Of a stretch of 59,900 nt of DNA, positions 18,155 through 28,058 are shown piece after piece (within the stretch, counting starts at the first letter, position 1; each line of letters begins with the position of its first letter). The notes under the pieces are model-generated. The model had not been told where the DNA came from. It saw only the letters and a program-made list of their open reading frames with translations, and searched no databases. A program made the position numbers and the translations under genes. Origin of the DNA: an uncultured Azospirillum sp. (GTDB lineage Bacteria > Pseudomonadota > Alphaproteobacteria > Rickettsiales > UBA3002); the NCBI GenBank assembly GCA_964652475.1, contig CAZZCK010000005.1:1658-61557 (forward strand). Direction: 5' to 3'.

Positions 18155-19348
18155 ATGGCCTTGCCTTCATCGAAACGCTGGTTAGAGAAATTTTTTCAAG
18201 CGGAATCGTCAGGTGGAATCGTGATGATTGCGGCGGCCATTCTCGCCATGATGTTGGCCAATGGCGCGACTGCTATCTGGTATCAGGATTTTATCAAAAC
18301 GCCGATTGGCTTTGCCTTTGGCGAAATGAGCGCGAGCGAGCCGCTGAAGCAATGGGTCAAAGATATTTTGATGGTGCTGTTCTTCATGCTGGTGGGTATG
18401 GAGCTTAAGCGCGAAATGCTGGAGGGATTTTTATCCGACCGCAAACAAATTCTGCTGCCATTATTGGCAGCTATTGGGGGTATGGCCGCACCGGCGGCGG
18501 TGTTTTTACTGATCAATCAGGGCATGCCCGAGCATACGCGTGGTTGGGCCATTCCGTCCGCGACGGATATTGCTTTTGCGCTGTGCGTGCTCATGCTGGT
18601 TGCCAAAAAACTGCCGCCTTCGCTCAGGATTTTTCTGCTCGCGATTGCAATTTTCGATGATCTTGGTGCGATTTTAGTCATCGCTGTATTTTATAGTGGC
18701 GCCCTCGCCTTAGCACCGCTGATGCTGGCGCTGGCGTGCATGGTGATGCTTTATCTGCTCAACCGGCAAGCGGTGATGCGCCTTTGGCCGTATCTACTGA
18801 TTGGGATCGCGTTATGGTTCTGCCTCTATCACGGGGGCATTCACACCACCATCGGCGGGGTGATCGTGGGCATGGCGATTCCGCTACGCGGTAAAGAAGC
18901 TTCCTCGCACTCCCCCCTCAATGCCTGCATGCATTTTTTACATCCCTGGGTGAGCTTCGTCGTTTTGCCAATTTTTGCCTTTACCGCCGCCGGGGTCAGC
19001 CTTGCGGGTATCACGCTTGAATCATTATTCGACCCACTGGTGCTGGGTGTCGCTATGGGGCTTTTTATCGGCAAGCAAATGGGCATTTTCGGTACAAGTT
19101 TTCTGCTCGTGAAATTGGGTATTGCTCGCTTGCCCGAAGGCACGAACTGGCGGCATATTTATGGGGTTTCGGTCATCGCCGGGGTTGGCTTCACCATGAG
19201 TTTGTTCATTGGTATTCTTGCATTTGAGAGCCACCATTTGCAAGAACAGGCAACGCTGGGCGTGATCACCGGCTCGTTGCTGGCAAGCCTGTGGGGTTGG
19301 CTGGTGCTACGCTATGCACCAAAATCAGCGGTGAATATTACGCCGTAA
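18155..19348 (+). CDS. nhaA: Na+/H+ antiporter NhaA
   Basis: Polytopic membrane protein with NhaA-like blocks (FFMLVGMELKRE, IPSATDIAFALCVL, AIAIFDDLGAI). The ATG at 18155 follows gggag and avoids overlap with the tRNA. Confidence 0.9.
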   Translation: MALPSSKRWLEKFFQAESSGGIVMIAAAILAMMLANGATAIWYQDFIKTPIGFAFGEMSASEPLKQWVKDILMVLFFMLVGMELKREMLEGFLSDRKQILLPLLAAIGGMAAPAAVFLLINQGMPEHTRGWAIPSATDIAFALCVLMLVAKKLPPSLRIFLLAIAIFDDLGAILVIAVFYSGALALAPLMLALACMVMLYLLNRQAVMRLWPYLLIGIALWFCLYHGGIHTTIGGVIVGMAIPLRGKEASSHSPLNACMHFLHPWVSFVVLPIFAFTAAGVSLAGITLESLFDPLVLGVAMGLFIGKQMGIFGTSFLLVKLGIARLPEGTNWRHIYGVSVIAGVGFTMSLFIGILAFESHHLQEQATLGVITGSLLASLWGWLVLRYAPKSAVNITP

Positions 19349-20425
19349 TCACCGGTCGGCATCACACCCTACCGCGTCGGCAACCCGGGCGAATCCATCG
19401 CGCGCAAGATGTGCGGCCACGCCTTCGTTGATGGTTTTAATCAAGCCAAATCCCTCATAAACGAGCGCGGTATACAGCTGAATCAGCGATGCGCCGGCGC
19501 GGATTTTTGCATAGGCATCCGCCGCGCTGCTTACCCCGCCGACACCGATCAATGGGATTTTTCCTTGGGTGAGGCGATGCATCGTGGCCAGCAGCGCTGT
19601 TGAGGCCTGAAACAGCGGCACACCGCTTAAGCCACCCGCTTCATGGGCGTGCATACTTGACGCCACCGCCTCACGCGCGAGGGTCGTATTGCTGATAATC
19701 AACCCATCAAGCGACGTGGCAAGTGCCGTGTGCGCAATCGCTTCGTAGAGCGCGGCATCGCCATCGGGCGCGATTTTAACGAAAATGGGGCGATGTGGCA
19801 GACCCGAAGCCATCAGCTCGCGGCGACATTGCTGCAAGGCGTCGATCAGATCGCGCAAGGCATCTGCCGTCTGTAAGGCACGCAAGCCCGGCGTGTTGGG
19901 CGACGAGATATTGGCGGTGATATAGTCAACATGCGGATAAATCGCACGCATGGCGGTCACGTAATCGGTGTTCGCATCGGCACTATCTTTGTTTTTTCCG
20001 ATATTGCCACCAACGATACCTAAATCAACCCCATGCCGTTGACGAAACTGCGCCAGGCGCGACACTGCGGCCTCTACTCCATCGTTATTAAAACCAAGAC
20101 GATTGATCATGGCTTTTTCAGCCACCAGACGAAACACCCGCGGTGTTGGATTACCCGGCTGCGGTTTGGGGGTCATGGTGCCAACCTCGATGAAACCTGC
20201 ACCAGCACGCAGGATACCGTGCATACATTCGGCATTTTTATCGAGCCCCGCGGCAACTCCCACCGGGTTGATAAAATCAAGCCCTGCTACCCTTGTTGCA
20301 AGGCTCGCGTGCTGAGCGGTGTAGGCTGGGCCACAGCCAGATTGCAGTGCACGAATGGCTAGCCGATGTGCGCGCTCGGGCGGTAGCGTAAATAAGGCAG
20401 GGCGTAGGCAGGAATAGAGATTCAT
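19349..20425 (-). CDS. pyrD: Dihydroorotate dehydrogenase (quinone), class 2
   Basis: PyrD-like blocks (NPVGVAAGLDKN, GFIEVGTMTPKPQPGNPTPR, NISSPNTPGLR, IGVGGV). The start was chosen at MNLYSCLRP. Confidence 0.9.
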   Translation of the reverse strand: MNLYSCLRPALFTLPPERAHRLAIRALQSGCGPAYTAQHASLATRVAGLDFINPVGVAAGLDKNAECMHGILRAGAGFIEVGTMTPKPQPGNPTPRVFRLVAEKAMINRLGFNNDGVEAAVSRLAQFRQRHGVDLGIVGGNIGKNKDSADANTDYVTAMRAIYPHVDYITANISSPNTPGLRALQTADALRDLIDALQQCRRELMASGLPHRPIFVKIAPDGDAALYEAIAHTALATSLDGLIISNTTLAREAVASSMHAHEAGGLSGVPLFQASTALLATMHRLTQGKIPLIGVGGVSSAADAYAKIRAGASLIQLYTALVYEGFGLIKTINEGVAAHLARDGFARVADAVGCDADR

Positions 20426-20498
20426 GGCGCCAATGCTTAGGTAATGTTTGCGGTAAATGAAAGCATAAACACCCTCTCGCACCACCGATGATTGGGCA

Positions 20499-21677
20499 TT
20501 ACTGCACCTCGATCACCATCGCACGGCGTGGGGTTGGATGCGTCACCTGCCCATCCCCGCGCACGACGGTCACGCCATTATGGCGGCTGCGCGTCAATGC
20601 AACAGGTTCCTTTTGTGGGAGGGTAATGCCCGCGAGTGTAGCCGTTGTAGCAGGGCTGCGATCCGCCACCTGGCGTGGAATACTCAGGATCGATAGCGGA
20701 TCGTATTTGACGCCATCCTTGCTCACGCGGTAATCGAGATGCGCCCCCGTCGAACGCCCGGTACTGCCCACCGCGCCGATGGTTTGCCCGGCACGCACGC
20801 GCTCACCCACCGCGACGGTTTGTTTGCTTAAATGACCATAGCGCGTGAGGGTACCATCGGCATGGCGCAGGGTGATATATTGTCCATAACGGCTGTCAGT
20901 CTTCACTTCGGTGACGCTCGCATCCGCGGTGGCTACGACCGGCGTGCCGGTATCGGCCGCAATATCGATGCCGCCGTGAAAGGTCGGGCGGCCATGGAAG
21001 GGATCCTTACGCACCCCATAGCGCGAGGAAACATATTGCCTTGCATTGAGCGGTATCGGCCATAAAGCATGCCGCGTTAACCCGGCGATAGTTTTACCCA
21101 AACGGCCCCGCATCGTATCGGTAAACGAGGCAAGCGGCGCCTCACCACCAGTATCGAAAAGCGCCAATACCGGATTGATCCGATCAGTATTACCTTCGAT
21201 TTCGTCACTTTCACGGTCGAGATCATCGAGGTTTAGTGGTTCAGGTGATGCATCGTTTGTGGCGACTTCATCAGTAGGTGCAGCCGGTGCTGATGCGCTC
21301 GCGCCGGGTGGTGTTGCTGCGGGTATATCGAGCAATAATGGGCTTTTGGCGCGGCTTGAGACTGAGCTAATCGGTATCGTGCGTGCCCGATCGATACGCA
21401 TGAAGCCGTCGCGCATGCGTGCCTTGTCGGAGGTGAGCACGTAAGGTTGTTGTTTTTCTCCCCCCTCACCGGCAAGCGCAATCCCAGCCGAAGAGCGGGT
21501 GGCCGATGCTCGATCGAGCGGTATGAAGCGCTTCTCTTCACGCACGACTTTCACCGCCGGTGCCTGCTCGGTTGCCACAACCGTCGCCGGCATCATGAGT
21601 AGCAGCATCGACCATTTGAGATAGCTATTCACTTTTCCTCGCTTACGGGTGCGTTCATCACCCGAATATCCTACCAC
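20499..21677 (-). CDS. M23 family metallopeptidase (secreted)
   Basis: HGGIDIAADTGTPV and GSTGRSTGAHLDY motifs, with a hydrophobic signal-like segment MLLLMMPATVVA. The true start may lie downstream of 21677. Confidence 0.8.
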   Translation of the reverse strand: MVGYSGDERTRKRGKVNSYLKWSMLLLMMPATVVATEQAPAVKVVREEKRFIPLDRASATRSSAGIALAGEGGEKQQPYVLTSDKARMRDGFMRIDRARTIPISSVSSRAKSPLLLDIPAATPPGASASAPAAPTDEVATNDASPEPLNLDDLDRESDEIEGNTDRINPVLALFDTGGEAPLASFTDTMRGRLGKTIAGLTRHALWPIPLNARQYVSSRYGVRKDPFHGRPTFHGGIDIAADTGTPVVATADASVTEVKTDSRYGQYITLRHADGTLTRYGHLSKQTVAVGERVRAGQTIGAVGSTGRSTGAHLDYRVSKDGVKYDPLSILSIPRQVADRSPATTATLAGITLPQKEPVALTRSRHNGVTVVRGDGQVTHPTPRRAMVIEVQ

Positions 21678-21784
21678 TCTACCGATCCATGGCCGAGTTA
21701 TCCACCACCCATAGTAAATCTGTTTACAATAACCACTAAATATTGTCTTTCTAGTGATTATTCACCTCGGTGGACGCGCGCGCG

Positions 21785-23239
21785 ATGCATGACCCGTATG
21801 ACAGCCTATTCACTACCCTGCGCGGGCGGCTGCGACTGGGCGTTTCCACCGTTTTTATTAGCCTTTTATACGCACCGTTAGCACTGGCTTCGCCCACCGT
21901 CGGTGATGTGGTAACCAGCCCAAGCACTAGCCCCCTGCCCTCAACCCAATTGCTCGATGATCCGTCCCTAGGCTCTTCCTTGCCACCGCTGGCAACCAGC
22001 ACGCCAGCGGTCGGATTTCCAGTGCAACCCGCCAATGCCGCTGCCGCCGCACCGGTGCTGACTGCACCCCAATTCCCGCCGGTTGATCCGCAAATTGCGG
22101 CCCGTGCTCAGCAAGAGCTCGATGCCCAAACGGCCCGCGAAAAACGGGTGAATGCCGCTGCCAATAGCGTGCGCGCACCTACCGAGATCACACCGGTAGC
22201 TACAGATGCAGCGCCGCTTCTAGAGCCACCCGTCAAGCCATTAGCATCCACTGCAGCGCCTGCGGCAACGACGACGGCTGAAGCCTCGCGTATTGCTATG
22301 CCGCCACGTTTTATTATCACCCAACCGCTCGAAAATGTTTCAACAACGCCGGCTACGCCATCTACCTCAACTCCGGTTATGGCTACGCAAAGAGTACCAT
22401 CGCGAGCCATTGCGCAAACACAAATCGCTGCGCCGACGCAGGGCCTCTCCAAAGCTTCGAAAACCATTTTAAGTCGTATTCCTTCGCGCTTGAACTCGGC
22501 CACGCCCGCCAAAGGCAAAGCGAGCAAACTGGCAATTAACCGGCTCAGCCCCGATATTCAGGCGCTGGTGGGCAAAGAGCCAACCTATGACAGCTACGAT
22601 GCGGTGGGCCTGAGCATCAAGGTGCAGCGCCCCGGACTCGATACGAATTTCGAGCTTAACCGTGCCTTTAATGCGCTGATGGCGGGGGATAGCACCCAGG
22701 CGCTCGAGACCTACCGCAACATCCTATCGACCGAACCCACGAACGAGGATGCATTGTTTGGTGCCGCGGCGACGTATCATCGCTTGGGCGATCTCGACAA
22801 GGCACGGCCTTTTTACGCGCAACTGCTCAAAATCAATCCCAATCATCGTGAAGCCTTGAATAATTTTCTGGCCTTGATCGGCGATGAGTCACCGCAAGAG
22901 GCAGTGGCTGAACTCGAGCGTCTTGAGCAGCGCAATCCGGATTTCAGCCCCATTCCAGCGCAGCAGAGTTTGCTGCTTTCCAAGCTTGGATTCTTTGATC
23001 AGGCGCGCGAAAAAATGCTGCGGGCCATCGAACTGGCACCGGAAAATCTTACCTATAAATATAATCTCGCGGTGATGCTGGATGCCAATGGCAACTATGC
23101 TGATGCCTCGGCTTTATATCGTTTATTGATCGATGCATCGCTCAAAGGGCAAAAAATCCCAGGATCGCTCGAAATACTGCAAAAGCGCCTGAATTTCATT
23201 ACCACGGCCGCTCTTTCTAAATCGCCTTTGGGTGGCTAG
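21785..23239 (+). CDS. Secreted TPR-repeat protein with a Pro/Ala/Thr-rich spacer (PilF/MshN-like candidate)
   Basis: Signal-like N-terminus (VFISLLYAPLALASP), a long low-complexity region, then several TPR-like repeats (ALETYRNILSTEP, ARPFYAQLLKINPNH, etc.). It lies 65 nt upstream of pilT on the same strand. Confidence 0.72.
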   Translation: MHDPYDSLFTTLRGRLRLGVSTVFISLLYAPLALASPTVGDVVTSPSTSPLPSTQLLDDPSLGSSLPPLATSTPAVGFPVQPANAAAAAPVLTAPQFPPVDPQIAARAQQELDAQTAREKRVNAAANSVRAPTEITPVATDAAPLLEPPVKPLASTAAPAATTTAEASRIAMPPRFIITQPLENVSTTPATPSTSTPVMATQRVPSRAIAQTQIAAPTQGLSKASKTILSRIPSRLNSATPAKGKASKLAINRLSPDIQALVGKEPTYDSYDAVGLSIKVQRPGLDTNFELNRAFNALMAGDSTQALETYRNILSTEPTNEDALFGAAATYHRLGDLDKARPFYAQLLKINPNHREALNNFLALIGDESPQEAVAELERLEQRNPDFSPIPAQQSLLLSKLGFFDQAREKMLRAIELAPENLTYKYNLAVMLDANGNYADASALYRLLIDASLKGQKIPGSLEILQKRLNFITTAALSKSPLGG

Positions 23240-23304
23240 CATGTGCGTGCTACAGCATTCCTCTCACTTTTTGGCTATTTTTTCAACGTAACGAGACAGA
23301 CCGG

Positions 23305-24411
23305 ATGGAAATCACTGACCTCTTGATGGCGACGCATAAAAATAAAGCGTCGGATCTTCATATCTCGACTAAAAACCCGCCCATCATGCGGGTGAACGGC
23401 GATATGCTGCCGCTTGATATGCCCGCCCTTGATGCCGAGCAGGTAAAAAAAATGCTGTTCTCGCTGATGACCGAACAGCAGCGCAGTGACTATGAGCGCG
23501 ACCTCGAACTCGATTTCTCGATATCGTTTGGCAATGATTTACGTTTCCGGGTCAACACGTTTAACACGATTTTTGGCGCAGCCGCAGTGTTTCGCTCGAT
23601 TCCCACCAAAATCATGACCCTCGATGCACTGGGCGCGCCGGAAGTGTTGAAGCGCCTGTGCCATTTGCATAAGGGCCTGATTTTGGTCACCGGCCCCACT
23701 GGCTCGGGCAAATCGACGACGCTTGCGGCGATGGTCGATTACATCAATCAGACCTTCAATAAACATATCCTGACTGTTGAGGATCCGGTCGAATTTGTGC
23801 ATACGCCCAAGCGCTCGCTGATTAATCAGCGCGAAGTCGGTAGCTCGACCAAATCCTTTGCCAAAGCCTTAAAATCCGCCCTGCGCGAAGATCCGGACGT
23901 GATTCTGGTGGGCGAGTTACGCGATCTTGAAACCATTCAATTGGCAATGACCGCGGCGGAAACCGGGCATTTGGTGCTGGGCACGCTGCATACCAGTTCG
24001 GCAGCAAAAACCGTCGACCGGATTATCGATGTCTTCCCGTCCGACGATAAGGAAATGGTGCGGGCGATGCTCTCGCTCTCGCTTGAGGCAGTGGTAACGC
24101 AAGCGTTACTCAAACGGGCAGATGGCAAGGGGCGCGTGGCCGCGCATGAAATTATGCTTGGCTCGCCGGCGATTCGTAACCTCATCCGTGAAGCGAAGGT
24201 GCCGCAAATCACCTCGATGATCCAGATGGGTAGCAAAATGGGCATGGTGCTGATGCGCGACTCACTCAACAAGCTATTCGAGACCGGCGTTATTTCGGCG
24301 GAATCCTTGCGCGAACTGCTCGTCACCAGCGCGCAGTCGGAAGAGGAAACAGCGGCAATCAATGCGGCCGTCGCCAAGCGCCCTGCCACCACGCCCTCCA
24401 GCGCATTCTAG
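23305..24411 (+). CDS. pilT: Type IV pilus retraction ATPase PilT
   Basis: Walker A GPTGSGKSTT, ILVGELRD, GHLVLGTLHT and AIRNLIRE motifs, 368 aa. Confidence 0.93.
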   Translation: MEITDLLMATHKNKASDLHISTKNPPIMRVNGDMLPLDMPALDAEQVKKMLFSLMTEQQRSDYERDLELDFSISFGNDLRFRVNTFNTIFGAAAVFRSIPTKIMTLDALGAPEVLKRLCHLHKGLILVTGPTGSGKSTTLAAMVDYINQTFNKHILTVEDPVEFVHTPKRSLINQREVGSSTKSFAKALKSALREDPDVILVGELRDLETIQLAMTAAETGHLVLGTLHTSSAAKTVDRIIDVFPSDDKEMVRAMLSLSLEAVVTQALLKRADGKGRVAAHEIMLGSPAIRNLIREAKVPQITSMIQMGSKMGMVLMRDSLNKLFETGVISAESLRELLVTSAQSEEETAAINAAVAKRPATTPSSAF

Positions 24412-24418
24412 GGGATTT

Positions 24419-25546
24419 ATGGCATATCCGATCCACGAATTACTGACGCAGATGGTGAGGCAACAAGCCTCTGATCTATACCTGACCTATGGCTGCCCAC
24501 CCAAGCTTCGGGTGAGCGACGCGATTATCGATATTGGCAACGAACCGCTTACCGATGTGCATCTCGAAGCATTGATCAACGAAATTTTAACGCCCGACCA
24601 ACAGGATGAATTTCGTTCGACCAATGAGTTGAATTTGGCCCTGAATGTGACGATGAATGCACGATTTCGTGCCAATATTTTTCGTCAGCAGGGACATGAC
24701 GGGGTAGTCATTCGGCGAATTCAGCAGCAAATCCCAACCATCGAATCACTTGGGTTGCCACCAATTTATGGCGAACTGGCGATGGCCAAACGCGGGTTGA
24801 TTTTGGTTTCCGGCCAGACCGGATCGGGCAAATCGACCTCGCTCGCGGCCATGGTGGGGCACCGCAATCAGCACGGTAGCGGGCATATTATTACGGTCGA
24901 AGACCCGATCGAATTTGTGCATCAGCACCAGCAATGCATTGTCTCGCAGCGCGATGTCGGGCTCGATACCTATTCCTATGCGCTGGCGCTTAAAAATGCG
25001 CTGCGCCAACGCCCTGACTTGGTGGTCATTGGCGAAGTGCGTGACCGCGAAGTGATGGAGCAGGCGATTTATTTTGCCGAGACCGGACATCTCTGCATTG
25101 CCACGATTCATGCGAATAATGCTAGCCAAACCATCGAGCGCGTGTTGAATTTTTTCCCGGAAGAGCGCCATCACCAAGTGCTACTCAACCTCTCACTCAA
25201 TTTACAGGCAACCGTATCGCAACGCATGGTGAGCACGCTCAACGGTGAGCGCTGCCTGGCGCTTGAGATCATGCTCAACCGCGGGATCATTAAGCAATAT
25301 ATCGAGCAAGGGAAGATACGCCATTTACGCGAGATGATTGAAAAAGGTACCAGCGAAGGCATGCAAACGTTCGATCAGCATTTATTTTTGCTCTATGAGC
25401 AGCGCATCATCAGCGAAGAAGTAGCCTTGGCGGAAGCCGATAGTGCATCCAATCTGCGGCTGATGATCCAGAATAAGCGCACGATTGATCGCGGCATCGA
25501 GGTTACCTGGCGCGACGCCAAACCCGCCAGCGAAACGGATTTTTAA
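24419..25546 (+). CDS. pilU: PilT-family ATPase, PilU-like paralogue
   Basis: Walker A GQTGSGKSTS, VVIGEVRD and GHLCIATIHA. It lies in tandem directly after pilT. Confidence 0.85.
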   Translation: MAYPIHELLTQMVRQQASDLYLTYGCPPKLRVSDAIIDIGNEPLTDVHLEALINEILTPDQQDEFRSTNELNLALNVTMNARFRANIFRQQGHDGVVIRRIQQQIPTIESLGLPPIYGELAMAKRGLILVSGQTGSGKSTSLAAMVGHRNQHGSGHIITVEDPIEFVHQHQQCIVSQRDVGLDTYSYALALKNALRQRPDLVVIGEVRDREVMEQAIYFAETGHLCIATIHANNASQTIERVLNFFPEERHHQVLLNLSLNLQATVSQRMVSTLNGERCLALEIMLNRGIIKQYIEQGKIRHLREMIEKGTSEGMQTFDQHLFLLYEQRIISEEVALAEADSASNLRLMIQNKRTIDRGIEVTWRDAKPASETDF

Positions 25547-25562
25547 TTGATTACGATGGCTC

Positions 25563-26342
25563 TCAGGCGGCAGCGCTTGAAAGTGCTTTGTTCGCGCCGA
25601 TGGCTTGTAAAAATGCGCGCTCAAGGCTGGTCTCACCGTAGGTTGGCTTGAAGGCAGAGGCGGTGCCGAGATAAACCAGCTTGCGGTCATGAATAATCCC
25701 AATACGGTCACAGATTTCGTCGATATCCGATAAAATATGTGAACTGAAAAAGAGGGTTTTTCCCTCGCGCTTGGCACGCAGCATCACTTCTTTCAAGCAA
25801 ATGCGGGCGCGCGGATCAAGGCCACTCATCGGCTCATCGAGAATCATGAACGGTTGATCGACCATAAAGGCACCCATCAACCCCAGTTTCTGCCCCATTC
25901 CCTTGGAGTAGGAACCGACTTTGCGCTCGAGCACATCGGGGTTCAAATCAAGCTCGGCCGCAAGGATTTTGGCTTTTTCGCGGTCGAGCGTTTTGCCATA
26001 ATACGATAACGCCAAAGCGAGATGCTCGTAACCTTTGAGGTAGCGCGAGGGGACAAATTTTTCAGGCAGGTACGAAAGCTGAGCGCGGGCAGCAACATGC
26101 GTTGAGGCTTGCCCAAAAATGCTCGCCGTGCCGCTATTGGCCTTCGCCAAATCAAGCAAAAGTTTGATCAGTGTGGTTTTGCCTGCGCCATTTAAGCCGA
26201 CAAGACCAAAGATTTCTCCTGGCTCAAGCGCGAAGCTGATATCCTCAAGCACCGATTGTTTGCCATACGATTTCACAATATGGCTCACCACGAGCGGTGA
26301 TGTGGCAAGCGGCGGTGCGCTTAGGGGTTCCGGCGATAGCAT
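25563..26342 (-). CDS. ABC transporter ATP-binding protein (ABC-2/NatA-like), with no adjacent permease
   Basis: Walker A GLNGAGKTT, signature YSKGMGQKL and Walker B FMILDEP. A GGAG precedes the ATG at 26342. It is the last gene of the pilB operon. Confidence 0.85.
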   Translation of the reverse strand: MLSPEPLSAPPLATSPLVVSHIVKSYGKQSVLEDISFALEPGEIFGLVGLNGAGKTTLIKLLLDLAKANSGTASIFGQASTHVAARAQLSYLPEKFVPSRYLKGYEHLALALSYYGKTLDREKAKILAAELDLNPDVLERKVGSYSKGMGQKLGLMGAFMVDQPFMILDEPMSGLDPRARICLKEVMLRAKREGKTLFFSSHILSDIDEICDRIGIIHDRKLVYLGTASAFKPTYGETSLERAFLQAIGANKALSSAAA

Positions 26343-26371
26343 AGAGTCTCCTTCGATCATGCGCGCGAGAT

Positions 26372-27373
26372 TTAGGGGTTAGCAACCGACAGCGGCACGG
26401 GGTCTGGCGGTGGGGGCACCGGCAAGGCTTGCTGGCCGGGGTCGATTGGCGGATTCGTTGCTGGATCGAGCGGATTGGTGCCTGCCTGCGCTGCAGGCAC
26501 AGGAGCCGGGAGCGCTTCGAGCGCTGGCGAATCGACAAAACCTTCAAATAATTTGAAATAGCCCACGGCAAAGGATTGGTTGGGCTTGAGGGTGAAGGTC
26601 ATCGCCTCACGTTCCTCATCAAAGCGAATCGATTGCGACTGAGAAAGCTTGTGCTTCACCGCGGCGGTGGGCGCAAATGCATTAAGCTCGACGCGCCGCT
26701 TGATCGCCTCGCCATAGCTTGGCTGCCATAAAAACGTGGCACTATCACGCGTGACATTGACCACGGTTAAATCGGTGGGGTTCACGCGCGAGGTGATCTT
26801 ATAGCCACTCACCCATAGCGACCAATCCCCCGGCGCATCGTAGGCAATGCTCGCCAGATAAAAGACGGGATATTCCTTGCGATCAACCACCGTTGGCGGT
26901 GCTACGGTTTCAACTGGCGTGGCCGCAACCGCCGTTTTCCCCGTATCCTCGAAGATGCGGATCGCTTGCTTCATGCGCTCGATATCGGCGGGAAGAAAGA
27001 GGATGCTATTCGTTGCATTGCCATAGGAATAGCGCTTAGGCGGTGGCGGCAGCGATGCAGCTTGATCCGGTTGTGCAGTGATTGGAGCTGCTGCTGGCGT
27101 TGCAGCGGTGGTGGCGGGGACTACCGGCAAGGCGTTTGCCGGTGGTGGTACAGGGGGGGCAACTGGAGTTGACGCAATCGCAGGAGCAAGTGGCAGCGGT
27201 GGGGTCGGCGATGGCGCAGCCGTGGGGGATGCGGGCGGTAGTACTGGCACGCTCACCGCAGGCAACGGCAAGGCATCCGGCGGCAGGGTTTGCGCTACGG
27301 TCATGCTCGCACACAACCCGAGCACCATGAGGCCGAGATGGTATTTCATGCGATGCGATGTGATGACCTTCAT
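26372..27373 (-). CDS. Secreted Pro-rich protein with a central beta-rich domain (candidate PilP / GspC-HR / MshK analogue)
   Basis: Signal peptide MKYHLGLMVLGLCASMTVAQT, Pro/Ala-rich tracts at both ends, and a core FYLASIAYDAPGDWSLWVSGYKITS...VVNVTRDSATF. The assignment rests on position and architecture only. Confidence 0.6.
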   Translation of the reverse strand: MKVITSHRMKYHLGLMVLGLCASMTVAQTLPPDALPLPAVSVPVLPPASPTAAPSPTPPLPLAPAIASTPVAPPVPPPANALPVVPATTAATPAAAPITAQPDQAASLPPPPKRYSYGNATNSILFLPADIERMKQAIRIFEDTGKTAVAATPVETVAPPTVVDRKEYPVFYLASIAYDAPGDWSLWVSGYKITSRVNPTDLTVVNVTRDSATFLWQPSYGEAIKRRVELNAFAPTAAVKHKLSQSQSIRFDEEREAMTFTLKPNQSFAVGYFKLFEGFVDSPALEALPAPVPAAQAGTNPLDPATNPPIDPGQQALPVPPPPDPVPLSVANP

Positions 27374-27380
27374 GCGTTTC

Positions 27381-28058
27381 CTATATCAACCGGTTGCGCG
27401 CTTGAGTGGCATCGGCTTTTTTCTCCTCGGTTGCTTTGGGCACCATCCGGATCCAGGTAAATTCGATCGTGGCATCGACCAATAAGGGGGTTGTCCCGGT
27501 TTGGATTTGAGAAAAAAAGACCTCGGAAAGATCGGCATCGCGTTTGATTTCAACTTTATCAATACGCACCAAGCCTGGGGCGGAGCGGCGCAAATCATCG
27601 ATAAATGAATAGACATGAACATCCGACACCGCCTTAAAGCTGATGCTGTAGCGCTGACGCAGCATCACCGTGTAGTTGAAATTGGCCAGTTCGGGTTTAT
27701 CGCTCGCCGCTTCTTTGCTTGATTTGATGTTGGCCTTATTCAAGCCATGCTGCAAGGCGGAGCGCTCCAGAAATTCGCGTAAATCTTCAATCGTTGCCGT
27801 AAAATCATCGCTATTGCGATTCAGCTGAATTTCAGCGTAACGTTTTTGTGACTCGCCGGATTTCTCAAGCTGAGTACGCAAATTACCCAGCAGCGAATTA
27901 TCCTGACTGAATTTACTTTCCATACTGGTTTTTTGTTCCATGCTACTTTGCGCATGCATGCTGGCCGCCGCCAAGAGGCCGCCGCACACCAGCAGAGTGG
28001 CCACGATGATGGCCGCTAATTTGGTAATGCGTTTTGTCAGTTGGCGGTATTTGTTCAT
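27381..28058 (-). CDS. Bitopic membrane protein (candidate PilO / GspM / MshJ analogue)
   Basis: Short cytoplasmic N-terminus, one TM segment (LAAIIVATLLVCGGLLAAA), a coiled-coil segment and a small C-terminal domain. It overlaps the upstream gene by 4 nt. Confidence 0.6.
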   Translation of the reverse strand: MNKYRQLTKRITKLAAIIVATLLVCGGLLAAASMHAQSSMEQKTSMESKFSQDNSLLGNLRTQLEKSGESQKRYAEIQLNRNSDDFTATIEDLREFLERSALQHGLNKANIKSSKEAASDKPELANFNYTVMLRQRYSISFKAVSDVHVYSFIDDLRRSAPGLVRIDKVEIKRDADLSEVFFSQIQTGTTPLLVDATIEFTWIRMVPKATEEKKADATQARNRLI

